64,000 bases of DNA from an uncultured Halobacteriales archaeon (GTDB lineage Archaea; Halobacteriota; Halobacteria; Halobacteriales; Hikarchaeaceae), in NCBI GenBank assembly GCA_964542445.1, contig CAZITY010000003.1, positions 21,886 through 85,885 of the forward strand, written 5' to 3'. The position numbers and the translations under genes were made by a program. A model generated the notes under the pieces. It was not told the DNA's origin and did no database searches. It saw only the letters and a program-made list of their open reading frames with translations. Shown piece by piece: positions 9,303 to 20,800 of the stretch; positions within the stretch are counted from its first letter, which is position 1, and each line of letters opens with the position of its first letter.

Positions 9303-11011
9303 TCACGCAGACTCCGTGTTCCTCGTGACATCCCCCCGATACACAACGCCCCGTTCGCCATCAACCGTCACAATCGTCCCACCACTGATCTCACTGGATA
9401 ACACCACACCACTCGCCATTGGAATCCCGAGTTCTCGTGCAACCATCGCCGGGTACCCCGTCATCCCTGGCCGCTCATGAATTATCCCCGCTAATTTCGA
9501 CAAATCCGCCGCTAATTCCCGATTGAAATCACTCGCTAAGTACAAGACACTACCAGATTGAATTTCACTCAATTCTCCCGTTGTGGATTTGACCAGCGGC
9601 CCAGCAGATCGACCCATTACCACACCTCGGCCCGTCCCGATTGTTTCCGCTGCCACATGGACTTTGAGCGTATTCGTCGTACTCCAATCGAGATCTGTCA
9701 TCATCCCCGATACCACTACGATAGTATCACCACTCTCCACAACGTCAGTTGCTAACGCCGCCTCTACCGCATTCTCGATTACCCCAGCTGCTCCTTCTGA
9801 GGCGAGTTCAGCATACTCCGAAATCACTCCCCACGACAACGACAACTGCCGCCGAACCCTTTCCGTTGTCGTTGCAGCTACTATCGGAACTTCAGGTCGA
9901 TATTTCGTAGTTTTCAACGCCGTGAACCCGGACTCACTCGCCACCACAATTGCGGTGGCACCCACATCTCGCGCTAAATAACGAGCTGACCGTGCTAACG
10001 CCCCCGTACTCGCATCATCTGCCGGGGGGACACGCTGTTCAAGGAGCTCAGTATATTCTTCACTTCCCTCAACTTCCCGAATAATTCGATCCATTGTTTC
10101 CACCACCAACACCGGATGGTTCCCAACCGCCGTCTCTCCTGACAACATCACGGCATCCGTCCCATCCAACACCGCATTCGCCACATCAGACGCTTCAGCT
10201 CGTGTCGGACGAGCCTGATCTAGCATGGAATCCAGCATTTCCGTTGCCGTAATCACTGGAACACCCGCTTGTTGTGATTTCCGAATTATGCGTTTTTGGA
10301 TTAATGGGACTTCCTCAAGCGGACACTCAACCCCCAAATCACCGCGGGCAATCATAATCCCATACGATTCCTCAATAATCCCGTCTAGTTCAGATACTGC
10401 GCTTGACCGTTCTATTTTCGCAATAACGGGAATTTCTACACCAAAGTTCTCAAGTAACTCATTTATCGCGATCACATCAGACGCATCCCGCACAAAACTC
10501 GCGGCAACAAAATCTACTTCTTGTTCAGCCGCCATCTGTAACTCTGCCCTATCGACATCACTGATATTACTGATGTTCAATGCCACATCCGGGACATTCA
10601 CACCTCTCCGGCTCCCCAGCCTACCTCCACGGACAACTCGCGCCTCTACGCCGTTCTCAGACAACGCTGTAACTTTCGTTTCGATTCGTCCGTCATCAAT
10701 CAAAATCCGATCACCCACAGAAACGCCATCCAACCCAACCGACAACCCAATTACTTCACTTGTTGCCTCATCTCCCTTGATAAACCGAACCGTCGAATCA
10801 TCAGTCACGTCAATCGGTTCATCAATAATTGCCGTCCGAATTTCTGGTCCTTGTAAATCGATCATTGTCGAAATCGGCCGAGAGACCTTTTGATCGACCC
10901 ATGGCTTGCATTGATCCTCCCTACTGACATCCCTGCGTTCGACAATTTCTCTATCGTGTCCAGATCGTCCGACGCTGGCCCGAGAGTACACACGATCTTC
11001 GCATTCCGCAT
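9303..11011 (-). CDS. pykA: pyruvate kinase, disrupted by an apparent 1-nt frameshift near 10888-10891. Either a pseudogene or a sequence error.
   Basis: Frame A starts at ATG 11011 and encodes the canonical PK N-terminus [16 protein letters not shown]...NASHGS, then hits a stop at 10862-10864. The rest of the enzyme ([11 protein letters not shown]... to the C-terminal PEP-utilizer-like domain) is in the adjacent frame. The two frames join at a T4 run at 10888-10891. The 573-aa ORF in the ORF track carries a spurious N-terminus. Confidence 0.8.
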
Positions 11012-11030
11012 GGCTACTATTCACTGGTCA

Positions 11031-11042
11031 GCCCATATAAAC
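11031..11042 (-). promoter_or_regulatory. TATA box (TTTATATG) about 30 nt upstream of the pyruvate kinase ATG. Leaderless-type promoter.
   Basis: Reverse complement reads gTTTATATGggc. The spacing to ATG 11011 fits archaeal leaderless transcripts and supports ATG 11011 as the true start. Confidence 0.5.
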
Positions 11043-11083
11043 CACTACCCGTAAACGCGCTTTTTCGGCGCTCGTTACTGGGA

Positions 11084-13117
11084 TTATCGAACGCGCGTAC
11101 CTAGGGCGGATTCCTCATGGGTACGAAGCAGATCAGCATCCTCACCCGCAGCCAGCACCATCCCATTGGACTGGACACCAAACAGCTCTGTTTTCTCTAT
11201 ATTCGCGAGGACGATGACTTCCATCCCCGGCAACGAATCAACGTCATGTAATTGTTGGATACCCGCGACAATCTGTCGGGTTTCAATCCCGAGATCAACC
11301 TCAAGTTTCACCAAATCAGTCGACTCTTCAATTGCCTCGGCGGAAACAATTTTTCCCACACGAATATCTAATTCCTGAAACGAATCGAACGACACTCGAT
11401 CTTCACTAATCGATTCGACCGAGTTACTCTCTGAAGTAGTCGCCGCTTGAATCCGGTCTTCCAATGTTTCATTGAGTTCTTCCACACGCTCGTCCTCTAA
11501 CCGTTCAAATAACTCTTCTGGCTCACCAAACGATGACGCTGCAGGTTCAAGCGCCGCAGAAATATGAATGTCTGCTAGGGAATCGGTTTCACCAAGCTGT
11601 GACCATAACTCACTGGTTTTCCGCGGTAACACCGGTGACAATAAGACACTAATCGCTTTCGCCAACTGCACACAGTCCCGGATCACTCGCGCTGCTTCCT
11701 CTGGTGACTCATCCAACAATTGCCACGGTTCTTCCTGTTGAATATACTCATTCCCAAACTGCGCCAACGACACCCCCGCATTAGCTACTGCCCGAACTGA
11801 ATACGCATTAACCCCGTCCTCAAACTCCGCTATGGCTTCATCGATCCGATCCAGGACATGAGAACTCACTTCTCCCTCCGGAGTCCCCTCCCAATTCCGA
11901 TGAGCAAACAACAACGTTCTATACAGAAAATTCCCGACGTTCCCCACTAACTCCCCATTAATCACTTCCTGGAACCGTTCCCACGAAAAATCAATATCCG
12001 ACTGGAATTCCCCCGAACTCACCAAATAATACCGTAACAATCCCGGCGCAAATCCTTCTTCAAGATAATCATCCGCCCAAATCGCTCGGTTCCGACTGGT
12101 CGAGAACGCTTGCCCCTGCAGATTCACAAATCCACTCGCCATTATTGCCCGTGGTTCCGAATATTCAGCTCCATATAACATGGACGGCCAGAACACCGCG
12201 TGATGCTGAATGATATCTCGACCGATTACGTGTACAATCTCGCCATTTCGCTTCCACGTCTCTTCCCAATCAAACGAATCTGTCCCCACCCGTTCAGAAT
12301 ACTGCTTTGTCGACGCAATATATTCAATCGGTGCATCTACCCACACATACAACACAATCCCTTCTTCTTCCTCCCCCGGATACCGAATCCCCCAATCTAA
12401 ATCACGAGTAATACACCAATCTTGCAACTCACCCTCGATCCATTCCCGCGGTTGATTTTTCGCGTTATCCGTCCCCTCCAACCGATCAATGAACTCCTGG
12501 AGGTACCCCTGGAAATCCGAAATTCGAAAGAACTTATGCGTCCGTTCCCGGTATTCGGCCCGATTCCCCGTAATAACACTCCGTGGATCTTCGATTTCCC
12601 CAGGCTCAAGATGGCGCTGACACCCTTCATCACACTCGTCCCCTCGAGCTTTCTCTCCGCAGTACGGACAAGTCCCTTCTACATATCGGTCCGGAAGCGC
12701 TTGCTCTTCGACTGGATCCCACGCCACCTGAATTTCTTTCTCATAAATATATCCCGAATCATCGAGCGCTCTAACGATCTCACGAGTCAACTCCGTATTC
12801 GTCTCATCATGCGTATGCCCGTAATTATCGAACGAAATATCGAACCGTGGAAACGTCTCTTCGTACTTTTCATGCCACCGTAACGCAAATTCCTCCGGTG
12901 AAATACCCTCACGCCACGCATTCACCGCGACGGGAGTCCCATGCATATCCGATCCACACACGAACGCTGTCTTCTGCCCGAGTAACGAAAGCGCCCGAGA
13001 GAAAACATCCCCACTAATATACGTCCGCATATGCCCGATATGGAGATCGCCATTCGCGTACGGCAACCCACATGTCACGACCGCTGGATCATCGGTTGGG
13101 AATGCCTCATGACTCAT
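11084..13117 (-). CDS. metG: methionine--tRNA ligase with C-terminal tRNA-binding (EMAP/Trbp111-like) domain
   Basis: 677 aa. HIGH motif (DLHIGHMRTY), zinc knuckle cysteines, and a C-terminal OB-fold tRNA-binding domain. ATG start. Confidence 0.9.
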   Translation of the reverse strand: MSHEAFPTDDPAVVTCGLPYANGDLHIGHMRTYISGDVFSRALSLLGQKTAFVCGSDMHGTPVAVNAWREGISPEEFALRWHEKYEETFPRFDISFDNYGHTHDETNTELTREIVRALDDSGYIYEKEIQVAWDPVEEQALPDRYVEGTCPYCGEKARGDECDEGCQRHLEPGEIEDPRSVITGNRAEYRERTHKFFRISDFQGYLQEFIDRLEGTDNAKNQPREWIEGELQDWCITRDLDWGIRYPGEEEEGIVLYVWVDAPIEYIASTKQYSERVGTDSFDWEETWKRNGEIVHVIGRDIIQHHAVFWPSMLYGAEYSEPRAIMASGFVNLQGQAFSTSRNRAIWADDYLEEGFAPGLLRYYLVSSGEFQSDIDFSWERFQEVINGELVGNVGNFLYRTLLFAHRNWEGTPEGEVSSHVLDRIDEAIAEFEDGVNAYSVRAVANAGVSLAQFGNEYIQQEEPWQLLDESPEEAARVIRDCVQLAKAISVLLSPVLPRKTSELWSQLGETDSLADIHISAALEPAASSFGEPEELFERLEDERVEELNETLEDRIQAATTSESNSVESISEDRVSFDSFQELDIRVGKIVSAEAIEESTDLVKLEVDLGIETRQIVAGIQQLHDVDSLPGMEVIVLANIEKTELFGVQSNGMVLAAGEDADLLRTHEESALGTRVR

Positions 13118-13189
13118 ACTTACAGTTGAGGCTGATTCCGGGGTAAAACCGCCGATTTGGATTGTCGGTTTATGAAATCAACGAGGAAT

Positions 13190-15475
13190 TTATTTGAAAT
13201 TATCTCGAATCGTATCGAGGATATATTGTTGTTCGACTCGTTTTACTTCATGTTGGACATCACGCACTGCGTCGATGTTCGCACTAATCGAACTCACCCC
13301 TTCTTTCACGAGAAATCGGACCATCTGTGGACGAGACCCAGCCTGGCCACATATACTAGTTCGAACATCCTTTTCGCGACATTCTTCGATAACTTGGGAG
13401 ATAAGTTTTAATATGGATGAGTGGAGTTCATCGTATAACTCAGCGACATTTTCGTTGTTTCGATCGACTGCCAGCGTGTATTGCGTGAGGTCATTCGTTC
13501 CAAAGCTGGCAAAATCAATCCCAGCATCAATGATGTCCTCGATCGCCAATGCACTTGCTGGAGTTTCGATCATTACGCCCCAGGATTGTTTTTCCGGATC
13601 GATACCGGCGTCTTCCATGAGTGATCGAGCTCGACCTGTGTCTTTCCCATCAATTACCAGCGGAAACATTAACTCGATATTGTCGTAACCCATCTCGAAT
13701 AACCGATTGAACGCTTCAAGTTCACACTTAAACACATCTGGTTTTTCGAGACTCCGACGGATCCCTCGGAACCCCAGCATCGGGTTGTGCTCAACCGGCT
13801 CATTTTCCCCGCCTTCTAGTTGCCGAAATTCGTCTGTGGGAGCGTCAAGTGTTCGAACACGGACCGGCCGGGGATAAAACGCGTCTGCTACTGTCCGGAC
13901 GCCGGTCACGATTTCATCGATGTATGCTTCTGTTTCACCATTGGCAATGAATCGCTCCGGGGTTTTATTCGTCGACATCACGAGATGCTCAAGTCGTAAC
14001 AACCCGACGCCGTCTGCCCCAGTCGCGGCGGCGCGTTCAGCGGCTTCTGGGATCGAGACGTTTACTTTTACTTCTGTTGCCGTCATTGGTTTCACTGGCG
14101 TTTTGGGTCGTGCCGCTTCGATCGGTTCGTGCTCTTCCTCTACCGTCACTTTTCCTTCTGTCACCGTCCCTTGTTCTCCGTCGATTGTCACAAGTTGCCC
14201 GTCAGCAATTGTACTGGTAGCTGTTTGGGTACCGACAACGGCAGGGACTCCGAGTTCTCTGGAAACAATAGCAGCATGACTCGTCATTCCTCCTTCATTA
14301 GTAACGAGTCCAGCTGCACGTTTCATCGCAGGCACCATGTCTGGAGTTGTCATTTCAGTGACAATGATGTCTCCTTTACTAACCTTATCCAGCTCATCAA
14401 GCGCGAGTATTACTCGTGCTTCTCCAGACACTTTCCCGGGACTCGCACCTAATCCTTTCACAATAATCTCATTATATGCTTCGTCAGCCGACGAATCCGT
14501 ATTCGTTCCTCCCGATTTAGTTTGCTCAGTCATGCTAGATATCGTCGTAATTGGTCTCGATTGCAAGACGAATATTTCATCGTCAACGATCGCCCATTCC
14601 ACATCCTGGGGAGAGCCATAGTGATCTTCAATTTGTTCACCTACGGACACTAACTCGAGAATTTCCTTTTCACTCAACACTTGAACAAGTCGCTGGTCCT
14701 CGGAAACAGGCTGTTCGATAGTTTCTCCCGTGTCCGTATCCTTCGTGAACATCGTCTTCTTCTCGGCGACCGTTGTGGCAGTGATCTCTCCCGCCCGTCT
14801 CGACACAGTATAATTGTCCGGTGACACCGTCCCCGATACCACCCCTTCACCGAGCCCCCACGCCGCTTCAATTACCATCTCTGGATCCCCACTCGACGGG
14901 TGACTCGTAAACATCACACCACTTTTCTCAGCGTCGACCATCTCTTGGACGACTACCGCAATATTTACGGATTCGTGATCGAATCCTTGCTCGACTCGAT
15001 AATAGATCGCTCGTTGGGTAAATAACGATGCCCAACACTCCTTAATCCGATCAATGAGTTCACTCCGAGTTACATTCAGGAACGTCTCTTGCTGTCCGGC
15101 AAAACTTGCACCCGGTAAATCCTCAGCAGTTGCTGACGATCGAACAGCAACAAACACGTCTGAGCCGAGCTCCCCAAATGCCTCAAGAATTTCTGACTTG
15201 ACTGATTCCGGTAATTCAGTTCCGAGAATCAACTCTTTGGCCTGTTCCTCGGCTGCCGCAAGCGCAGCCGAATTATCCGGATCGATATCCACGGCAGAAA
15301 AAAGATCAGTATCAATCCCGGTTGACTCAATGAACTCCCGATAGGTTTCGGAAGTTACCACAAATCCCGAGGGAACCGGAAGTCCGGCATTAGCTAATTC
15401 TCCGAGCGATGCCCCTTTCCCGCCTACTGATTCATGATCATCGACAGTGATATCGCTGATCCATCGTACGGCCAT
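13190..15475 (-). CDS. ppsA: phosphoenolpyruvate synthase (pyruvate, water dikinase)
   Basis: 761 aa with ATG start. N-terminal ATP-grasp (GGKGASLGEL), central phosphohistidine domain (GGMTSHAAIVSRELGVPAVVG), and C-terminal PEP-utilizing TIM barrel. Confidence 0.9.
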   Translation of the reverse strand: MAVRWISDITVDDHESVGGKGASLGELANAGLPVPSGFVVTSETYREFIESTGIDTDLFSAVDIDPDNSAALAAAEEQAKELILGTELPESVKSEILEAFGELGSDVFVAVRSSATAEDLPGASFAGQQETFLNVTRSELIDRIKECWASLFTQRAIYYRVEQGFDHESVNIAVVVQEMVDAEKSGVMFTSHPSSGDPEMVIEAAWGLGEGVVSGTVSPDNYTVSRRAGEITATTVAEKKTMFTKDTDTGETIEQPVSEDQRLVQVLSEKEILELVSVGEQIEDHYGSPQDVEWAIVDDEIFVLQSRPITTISSMTEQTKSGGTNTDSSADEAYNEIIVKGLGASPGKVSGEARVILALDELDKVSKGDIIVTEMTTPDMVPAMKRAAGLVTNEGGMTSHAAIVSRELGVPAVVGTQTATSTIADGQLVTIDGEQGTVTEGKVTVEEEHEPIEAARPKTPVKPMTATEVKVNVSIPEAAERAAATGADGVGLLRLEHLVMSTNKTPERFIANGETEAYIDEIVTGVRTVADAFYPRPVRVRTLDAPTDEFRQLEGGENEPVEHNPMLGFRGIRRSLEKPDVFKCELEAFNRLFEMGYDNIELMFPLVIDGKDTGRARSLMEDAGIDPEKQSWGVMIETPASALAIEDIIDAGIDFASFGTNDLTQYTLAVDRNNENVAELYDELHSSILKLISQVIEECREKDVRTSICGQAGSRPQMVRFLVKEGVSSISANIDAVRDVQHEVKRVEQQYILDTIRDNFK

Positions 15476-15553
15476 TGTCCCTACCTGAACGGTCAGTTAC
15501 GTGAGGTAAGAAGCTTCCGACCCACTTTTCACGATTCACGTACAGTTACTGTC

Positions 15554-15991
15554 ATGGAATATAAACAAACCGTTAAGTGGGGAACGATATTTTTCGTTGC
15601 TCTTTTATTATTGACGGTGGTAAGCGCCGCGATTGCCACTCTCGGCGTTGGGCTAGGTGGGTTGCGCTTAGTCGGGTATTATTACTCGACACCCACCTGG
15701 TTACGGCTATTGTTCTATCCGCGAGTTGGTCTCGGGGTCATTATTTTCGGCGGTCTTTTCTGGTGTTATGGCGCAACGATTCTCTTCTATTCCACATTCG
15801 CGATACTGGTCCAAGAACAGACATCTGGCCAACTCGACACGGAAACATTGAAAAGCGATATCCTCGCCGTCCTCGATGACCGGTTAGCCGACATGCACCA
15901 AGAAACCACCCAGACCCGCCGGCTCATTGACCGTATAAGCCGTGAGGACGCGGCATTAGATTTTGATTTTGACGATGACATCTCCGACTAG
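15554..15991 (+). CDS. hypothetical membrane protein (3-4 TM) with acidic C-terminal tail
   Basis: An ATG at 15554 is preferred, since the upstream alternative start would overlap ppsA. Hydrophobic helices. Divergent from ppsA. Confidence 0.5.
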   Translation: MEYKQTVKWGTIFFVALLLLTVVSAAIATLGVGLGGLRLVGYYYSTPTWLRLLFYPRVGLGVIIFGGLFWCYGATILFYSTFAILVQEQTSGQLDTETLKSDILAVLDDRLADMHQETTQTRRLIDRISREDAALDFDFDDDISD

Positions 15992-16039
15992 AACCCCTAA
16001 CTAGGATGACTTGGTTCCCGATCCTGATTTTTACTCCCG

Positions 16040-16936
16040 CTACGCTTCTATAACTTCATCGTCGTCTTCTAGGGGTGGGACAGCCATCGTCCCCGTTAGA
16101 CTTACAACCGCTTCCCCACCGACTACTATTCCATCGGTTGTTTGTACGTGAACTGTTCCAGGCCGGTCAATCGAATGACCCTGTTCAAACAACAGTTCCG
16201 TATTGTCTGGATCGAGTGCGGTAAACCGTTCTAGATACGCCGCAACCGCGGCACTAGCAGTACCCGTCACGGGATCCTCATGGATACCAATCGACGGCGC
16301 CCACATCCGTGCATGCAAGGTCGACTCCGGACCGAGTGTGTCAAACGTGAACGCATAGATTCCAACAGCGTCGTGTTTTTCAGTTAGCTCCGTTATCTTC
16401 TCAAAATCCATTTCGGCGTTAATGAGCGATGAAAACAAATCCACTGGAACCACGATGTAAGCTAGCCCACCAAGTGATAACGCTATCGGTAAGTCAACTT
16501 TCTCAATTGAATCGGCGTCGATCCCGATAACTTCACTCACACGATTCGTATCAATATCAACCGTGGTCACACTAGTGTCCGGATACTCCATCCACACCAC
16601 ACCACCACCGTCAACAGTTACTGACAACTCCCCGGTATTGGTTGTGAGGACGTATTCTCCAGCATTAATCACTCCTTCTGAATTCAACCACTCGAATAGC
16701 CCTACCGTTGCGTGACCACACACATCTACCTCCGTCGACCCAGAATAATACCGTACTCGTCGTTTCTCATTCTCCTGCCCGGTGATGAAGACGGTCTCAT
16801 TTACCTGCAGTTCTTGAGCTATCGCCTGGCATTGCGCCGCCGTCAAATCCCCGGCTTCTGGAACAACACCCGCTTGATTCCCGACTAACGGATCACGAGC
16901 AAAGGCGTCAACGATCGCCACTTGCTTCTTGAGCAT
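16040..16936 (-). CDS. PhzF-family phenazine-biosynthesis-like isomerase
   Basis: 298 aa with PhzF/DAP-epimerase-like fold pattern (VDAFA...GNQAGVV, two-domain repeat). ATG start. Confidence 0.75.
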   Translation of the reverse strand: MLKKQVAIVDAFARDPLVGNQAGVVPEAGDLTAAQCQAIAQELQVNETVFITGQENEKRRVRYYSGSTEVDVCGHATVGLFEWLNSEGVINAGEYVLTTNTGELSVTVDGGGVVWMEYPDTSVTTVDIDTNRVSEVIGIDADSIEKVDLPIALSLGGLAYIVVPVDLFSSLINAEMDFEKITELTEKHDAVGIYAFTFDTLGPESTLHARMWAPSIGIHEDPVTGTASAAVAAYLERFTALDPDNTELLFEQGHSIDRPGTVHVQTTDGIVVGGEAVVSLTGTMAVPPLEDDDEVIEA

Positions 16937-17029
16937 ATCAATGCCAATACCAACACACCCCTAGTACGTTATGCCATCGAACTACCCACACGCTTGCTCC
17001 CTGACTCTTAGCATCCACAATAACCCCTG

Positions 17030-17854
17030 TTACACCGCAATTATCCACAAATCACCAAACATCACTTCTTGCCGCAACTCAATGAACCCCCGATGCGAGA
17101 GGAACAACACGGCAAGAAACGACTCAACTCGGGACCCTCCAGACGAATCAACCTCCCGGAACAATACCTCTGTACGACCCTTATCAAACTGCGCAGATAG
17201 TGCTTCCTGCACTGCTTGAATCGTCGTTTCAATATCCTCATTATGCGCCGTCCCCGTTACATCATTTTCCGTCGGTTCGTCGCGCTGTCTGAACTCATCA
17301 TCCGCATGATAATCGAGCGTCTGCGTCCCCCGACGAAAGCCACTGGGCGATTCAGACGTATCATATGATCGTGAATTTTTCCACCACGATTCTCGTTCGG
17401 CATCCCGCAACTCTCGAACAAGCTCATCGAGCGTTTCAGGCTTTCCCCTCGCTCGCTGGCGCTCTAACCGCCGGTCTAATTCTCCTTCCAGTGATGCAAT
17501 CGGGTCCTCTCCATCTACTGATTCTCTCCCCGGTGCATCCCAATCACCCCACGGCTCATCTTCAACGGGCTCCTCGGGCTCCGGCGGTTCAAGCAAGACA
17601 TCGCTCTTCATCCGCAACAACACACTAGCATAGAACAACGCCCTCGCTGAATTTCGCAAATCAGAGTTATCGAGTCGATTGAGGAACTTATCCGTTACAG
17701 TCACAATGTCGATATCCCACGGGTCGATTTCCCCCCCTTCTGCCAATTGCACGAGCAACTCGATCGGTTCGTCCTCATCCTCCTGCTGATCAGGCAACGA
17801 AACATCTCCCCCCGATTCGACCAGCATTTTCCCCCCATCAGGGAGTTTAGTCAT
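17030..17854 (-). CDS. scpA: segregation and condensation protein A (kleisin ScpA)
   Basis: Acidic kleisin pattern (ELLVQLAEGGEIDPWDIDIVTVTDKFL). The ATG at 17854 overlaps the smc stop by 8 nt (tcATGACTAAa), consistent with translational coupling. Confidence 0.85.
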   Translation of the reverse strand: MTKLPDGGKMLVESGGDVSLPDQQEDEDEPIELLVQLAEGGEIDPWDIDIVTVTDKFLNRLDNSDLRNSARALFYASVLLRMKSDVLLEPPEPEEPVEDEPWGDWDAPGRESVDGEDPIASLEGELDRRLERQRARGKPETLDELVRELRDAERESWWKNSRSYDTSESPSGFRRGTQTLDYHADDEFRQRDEPTENDVTGTAHNEDIETTIQAVQEALSAQFDKGRTEVLFREVDSSGGSRVESFLAVLFLSHRGFIELRQEVMFGDLWIIAV

Positions 17855-20800
17855 GACTCGACCCCCCATCTGCCATCGCAATACCAGTCACTGAACTGAT
17901 ATTATTATCTTGCATCGTTACCCCAATCGCCCGCTCAGATCGCTCCAACATCGCCGCCCGATGCGACACAACAATGAACTGCGCATCCGACGCCAACTCA
18001 TCCAATAACTCACCAACTCGCTCTGCATTCGCTGCATCCAAAAACGCATCAACTTCATCAAGCGCATAAAACGGCGCTGGATTGTGTCGCTGAATCGCGA
18101 AAATAAACGCAAGCGCCGTCAATGACTTCTCCCCACCCGACATCGCGTCTAGCCGCTGAATTGGTTTATCACCAGGTTCAGCCCGCATTGTTAACCCGCC
18201 TTCAAACGGATCATCGGGCTTTTCTAATAACAATTCTCCCGTGCCATTCGACAACCGCTGGAAAATATCCTGGAAATATGAATCGATCTCATTGAATGCC
18301 TCCATAAACGCGTCTTTCTTTTGTGTTTCGTACCGATCGATCCGCTCTCGGATTCCGTCACGCTCCTCAACCAAGGTTTCTTTTCGATCCTCAAGATCTC
18401 CTAATTCCTCCGCCACCGCATCGTATTCTTCAATCGCTAGCATATTCACTGGTTCCAACTCGCTCATCGCCCGCGTCAACCGATCTATATTAGATTGCAC
18501 GGTATCGTGATCCGGAATCTCCTCTGGATCATACTCTTCGACGATCGATTCCAATTCCTCTATATCCGAAACGAGCCGCTCTTCAGTAGAGACCAAACTG
18601 TCAACTCGATTTTCGACGCGCGATACTTCTTCGCGAACCTCGTCACGCGCCGCTTCTGCATCAGCCAACGACTCGCGCAATACCTCGCGCTCTTCTTTCA
18701 AGTCCGCTAATTCAGATTCAAGGTTCTCAATCGCCTCGTGTTTCTCAGCAAGCGCCACCTCCTTCGAATCGATCTCCTCATTAATCTCCTCAATTCGCTG
18801 TTCTTGCTCGGTTTTTTGATTTTGCGCCTTCTCGATTTTATCGTGCAACTCATCAATCGCATCTTCAGTATAATTCTGCTCAAGCTGTAACTCGTTCAGC
18901 GCAGCATCGATGTCACTCACACGACTTTCCAAAGTCTCGATTTCGCCCTGAATGCCCTCTGATTTCTCTGTCAACTCCGGTATTCTCGAACCAGCTAATT
19001 CGTCTTGTATCCGATCAATTTCACCTTCGAGGTCCGTTATTACATTGTCACGCTCATCGATCGCATCCTCAATTTCCTGCATACGACTTTCAACCGACTC
19101 ACGTTCCTCTGTAATCTCCTTTAACCGATCTTCGCACTCCGCCTTATCACTCTGGCATTGCTCAATCTCACGATCGATATCGTTCATCTGAGATTCAATT
19201 TCACGCAACTCATCTTTCACCTCAGACTTTCTATCTCGTGCATCCTCTAATCGTTCATTCGTCGATTGCAAACTCTCACGAAACTCCCGTCGATCTTCTT
19301 CTAACGACTCAATTTCCTCAGCGACCCGTTGCAATTGTCCCTTCCCACTCGTGAACGAATACCGAGACCCTTTCGATGAACCACCCGTCATCGCCCCAGA
19401 TCGCTCGACTAAATCGCCTGCCACTGTCACAATCCGGAACTCCCCCATCAGTGACCGCGCCGTTTCCAACGTATCGACAACAAGCGTATCCCCAAGTACA
19501 TACGAAAACACACCGGCATAGGTGTCGTCAAATTCAACAAGGTTAATCGCAAAATCAATCACTCCTTCTCGACCAGGACGATTCGGCAACGACCGGTGCT
19601 CCATCTCAGTTAACGGTAAAAACGTCGCCCGACCACTATTTCTTCGTTTCAAATACTCAATACACTCCTGCCCAACTGCATCGTCACTCACAACGACATT
19701 TGCCAAACGACCTCCCGCAGCTGTCTCGCACGCTACCGCATATTGTTCTTCCACCGAACCCAACTCCGCAACCGTCCCATGAACCCCCTCAATATCACTA
19801 TTCAAGATCGACGTAACCGCCCGCCCGAACGAGGAGTCACCACTCGACTCAGCCTTCGCTTCTAACTCTGCGTATTCTTGTTGTTTACCTTGTAACTCGT
19901 CTTCAACCCTCGAAATTTCTTCTTGGATATCCGATTGCTCTGCCCGCAGATCAGACACAACCCGATCAATTTGCTCAAGATTCTGCTCAGTTTTCTCGTA
20001 TTCATCCTCTAAATCGCTCTGTTCCGTCTCTAAATCAGAAACTCTTGATTCAATATCACTCAGTCGGTCTTCAATTTCAGTTCGCTCATTTGACCGTCTG
20101 CGCGCTTCATCCAATAACCGATCTTGTTCCCGCTGCAACTCATTTTTCTCATCCCGGACGTCATCTAATTCAGACTTCCGTGACTCAAGCTCGGTTTTTA
20201 ACTCGTCATACTCTTCCCCAATTTCATCAATTTGACCCGTAACAGCCTCCAGTTCTTCTTGCTTTGACTGAATATCAGATTTCAATGATGCCTTCTCGAG
20301 TTTCTTGGATCGAATTTCACTCGATAGCTCATCGAGTTGTTCCTGTTTTTTATCGATTTCCACGAACGACTGTCGCCGTTCAGTTTCTGCCTCTTCGATC
20401 CGGTTCTCACATGTTTCAATTTCACTTTCCAAGCGTGAAATTTCTCCTTTAACCGACTCGATTTCTCGCTGTAACGCGAGTTGTTCGTCTTCTCCTTTCC
20501 GTTCGATTTCCCGATTTAACTCATCGAGGTCTTCTTGAATCCGGACGACACGACCAGTTTTTTCGTCGAGTTTTTCTCGTAATCCTTCAAGTTCCCCTTT
20601 TCGCTCTTCGATGTCGGATCGTGTTTGTTCGAGATCGTTCCGCTTTTCTTCGAGTTCAGCTGCCTTCAAATACCCTTCGTACTCCGCTTTTTCCTCTTTA
20701 AGACCTTGATATTCTAGGGCGGTTTCTCGTTCGTCTTCGAGTTGTTCTAATCGTTCCTGTTTATCCTGGATTCGAAGTTCGGCCTCATCAATCCGGTCTT

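Noticed and set aside
10225-10893. 222-aa plus-strand ORF antisense to pyruvate kinase
   Set aside because: Shadow ORF of the pyk gene. Ser/Thr/Ile-rich, no domain signal.
9303-11024. 573-aa ORF-track version of pyruvate kinase starting at GTG 11024
   Set aside because: Its first ~50 residues do not resemble PK. The authentic N-terminus is in the neighbouring frame starting at ATG 11011, hence the frameshift interpretation.
15434-15553. N-terminal extension of the 185-aa ORF overlapping the ppsA start
   Set aside because: The alternative-start extension overlaps the ppsA coding start and has no hydrophobic or halophile character. The internal ATG at 15554 is preferred.
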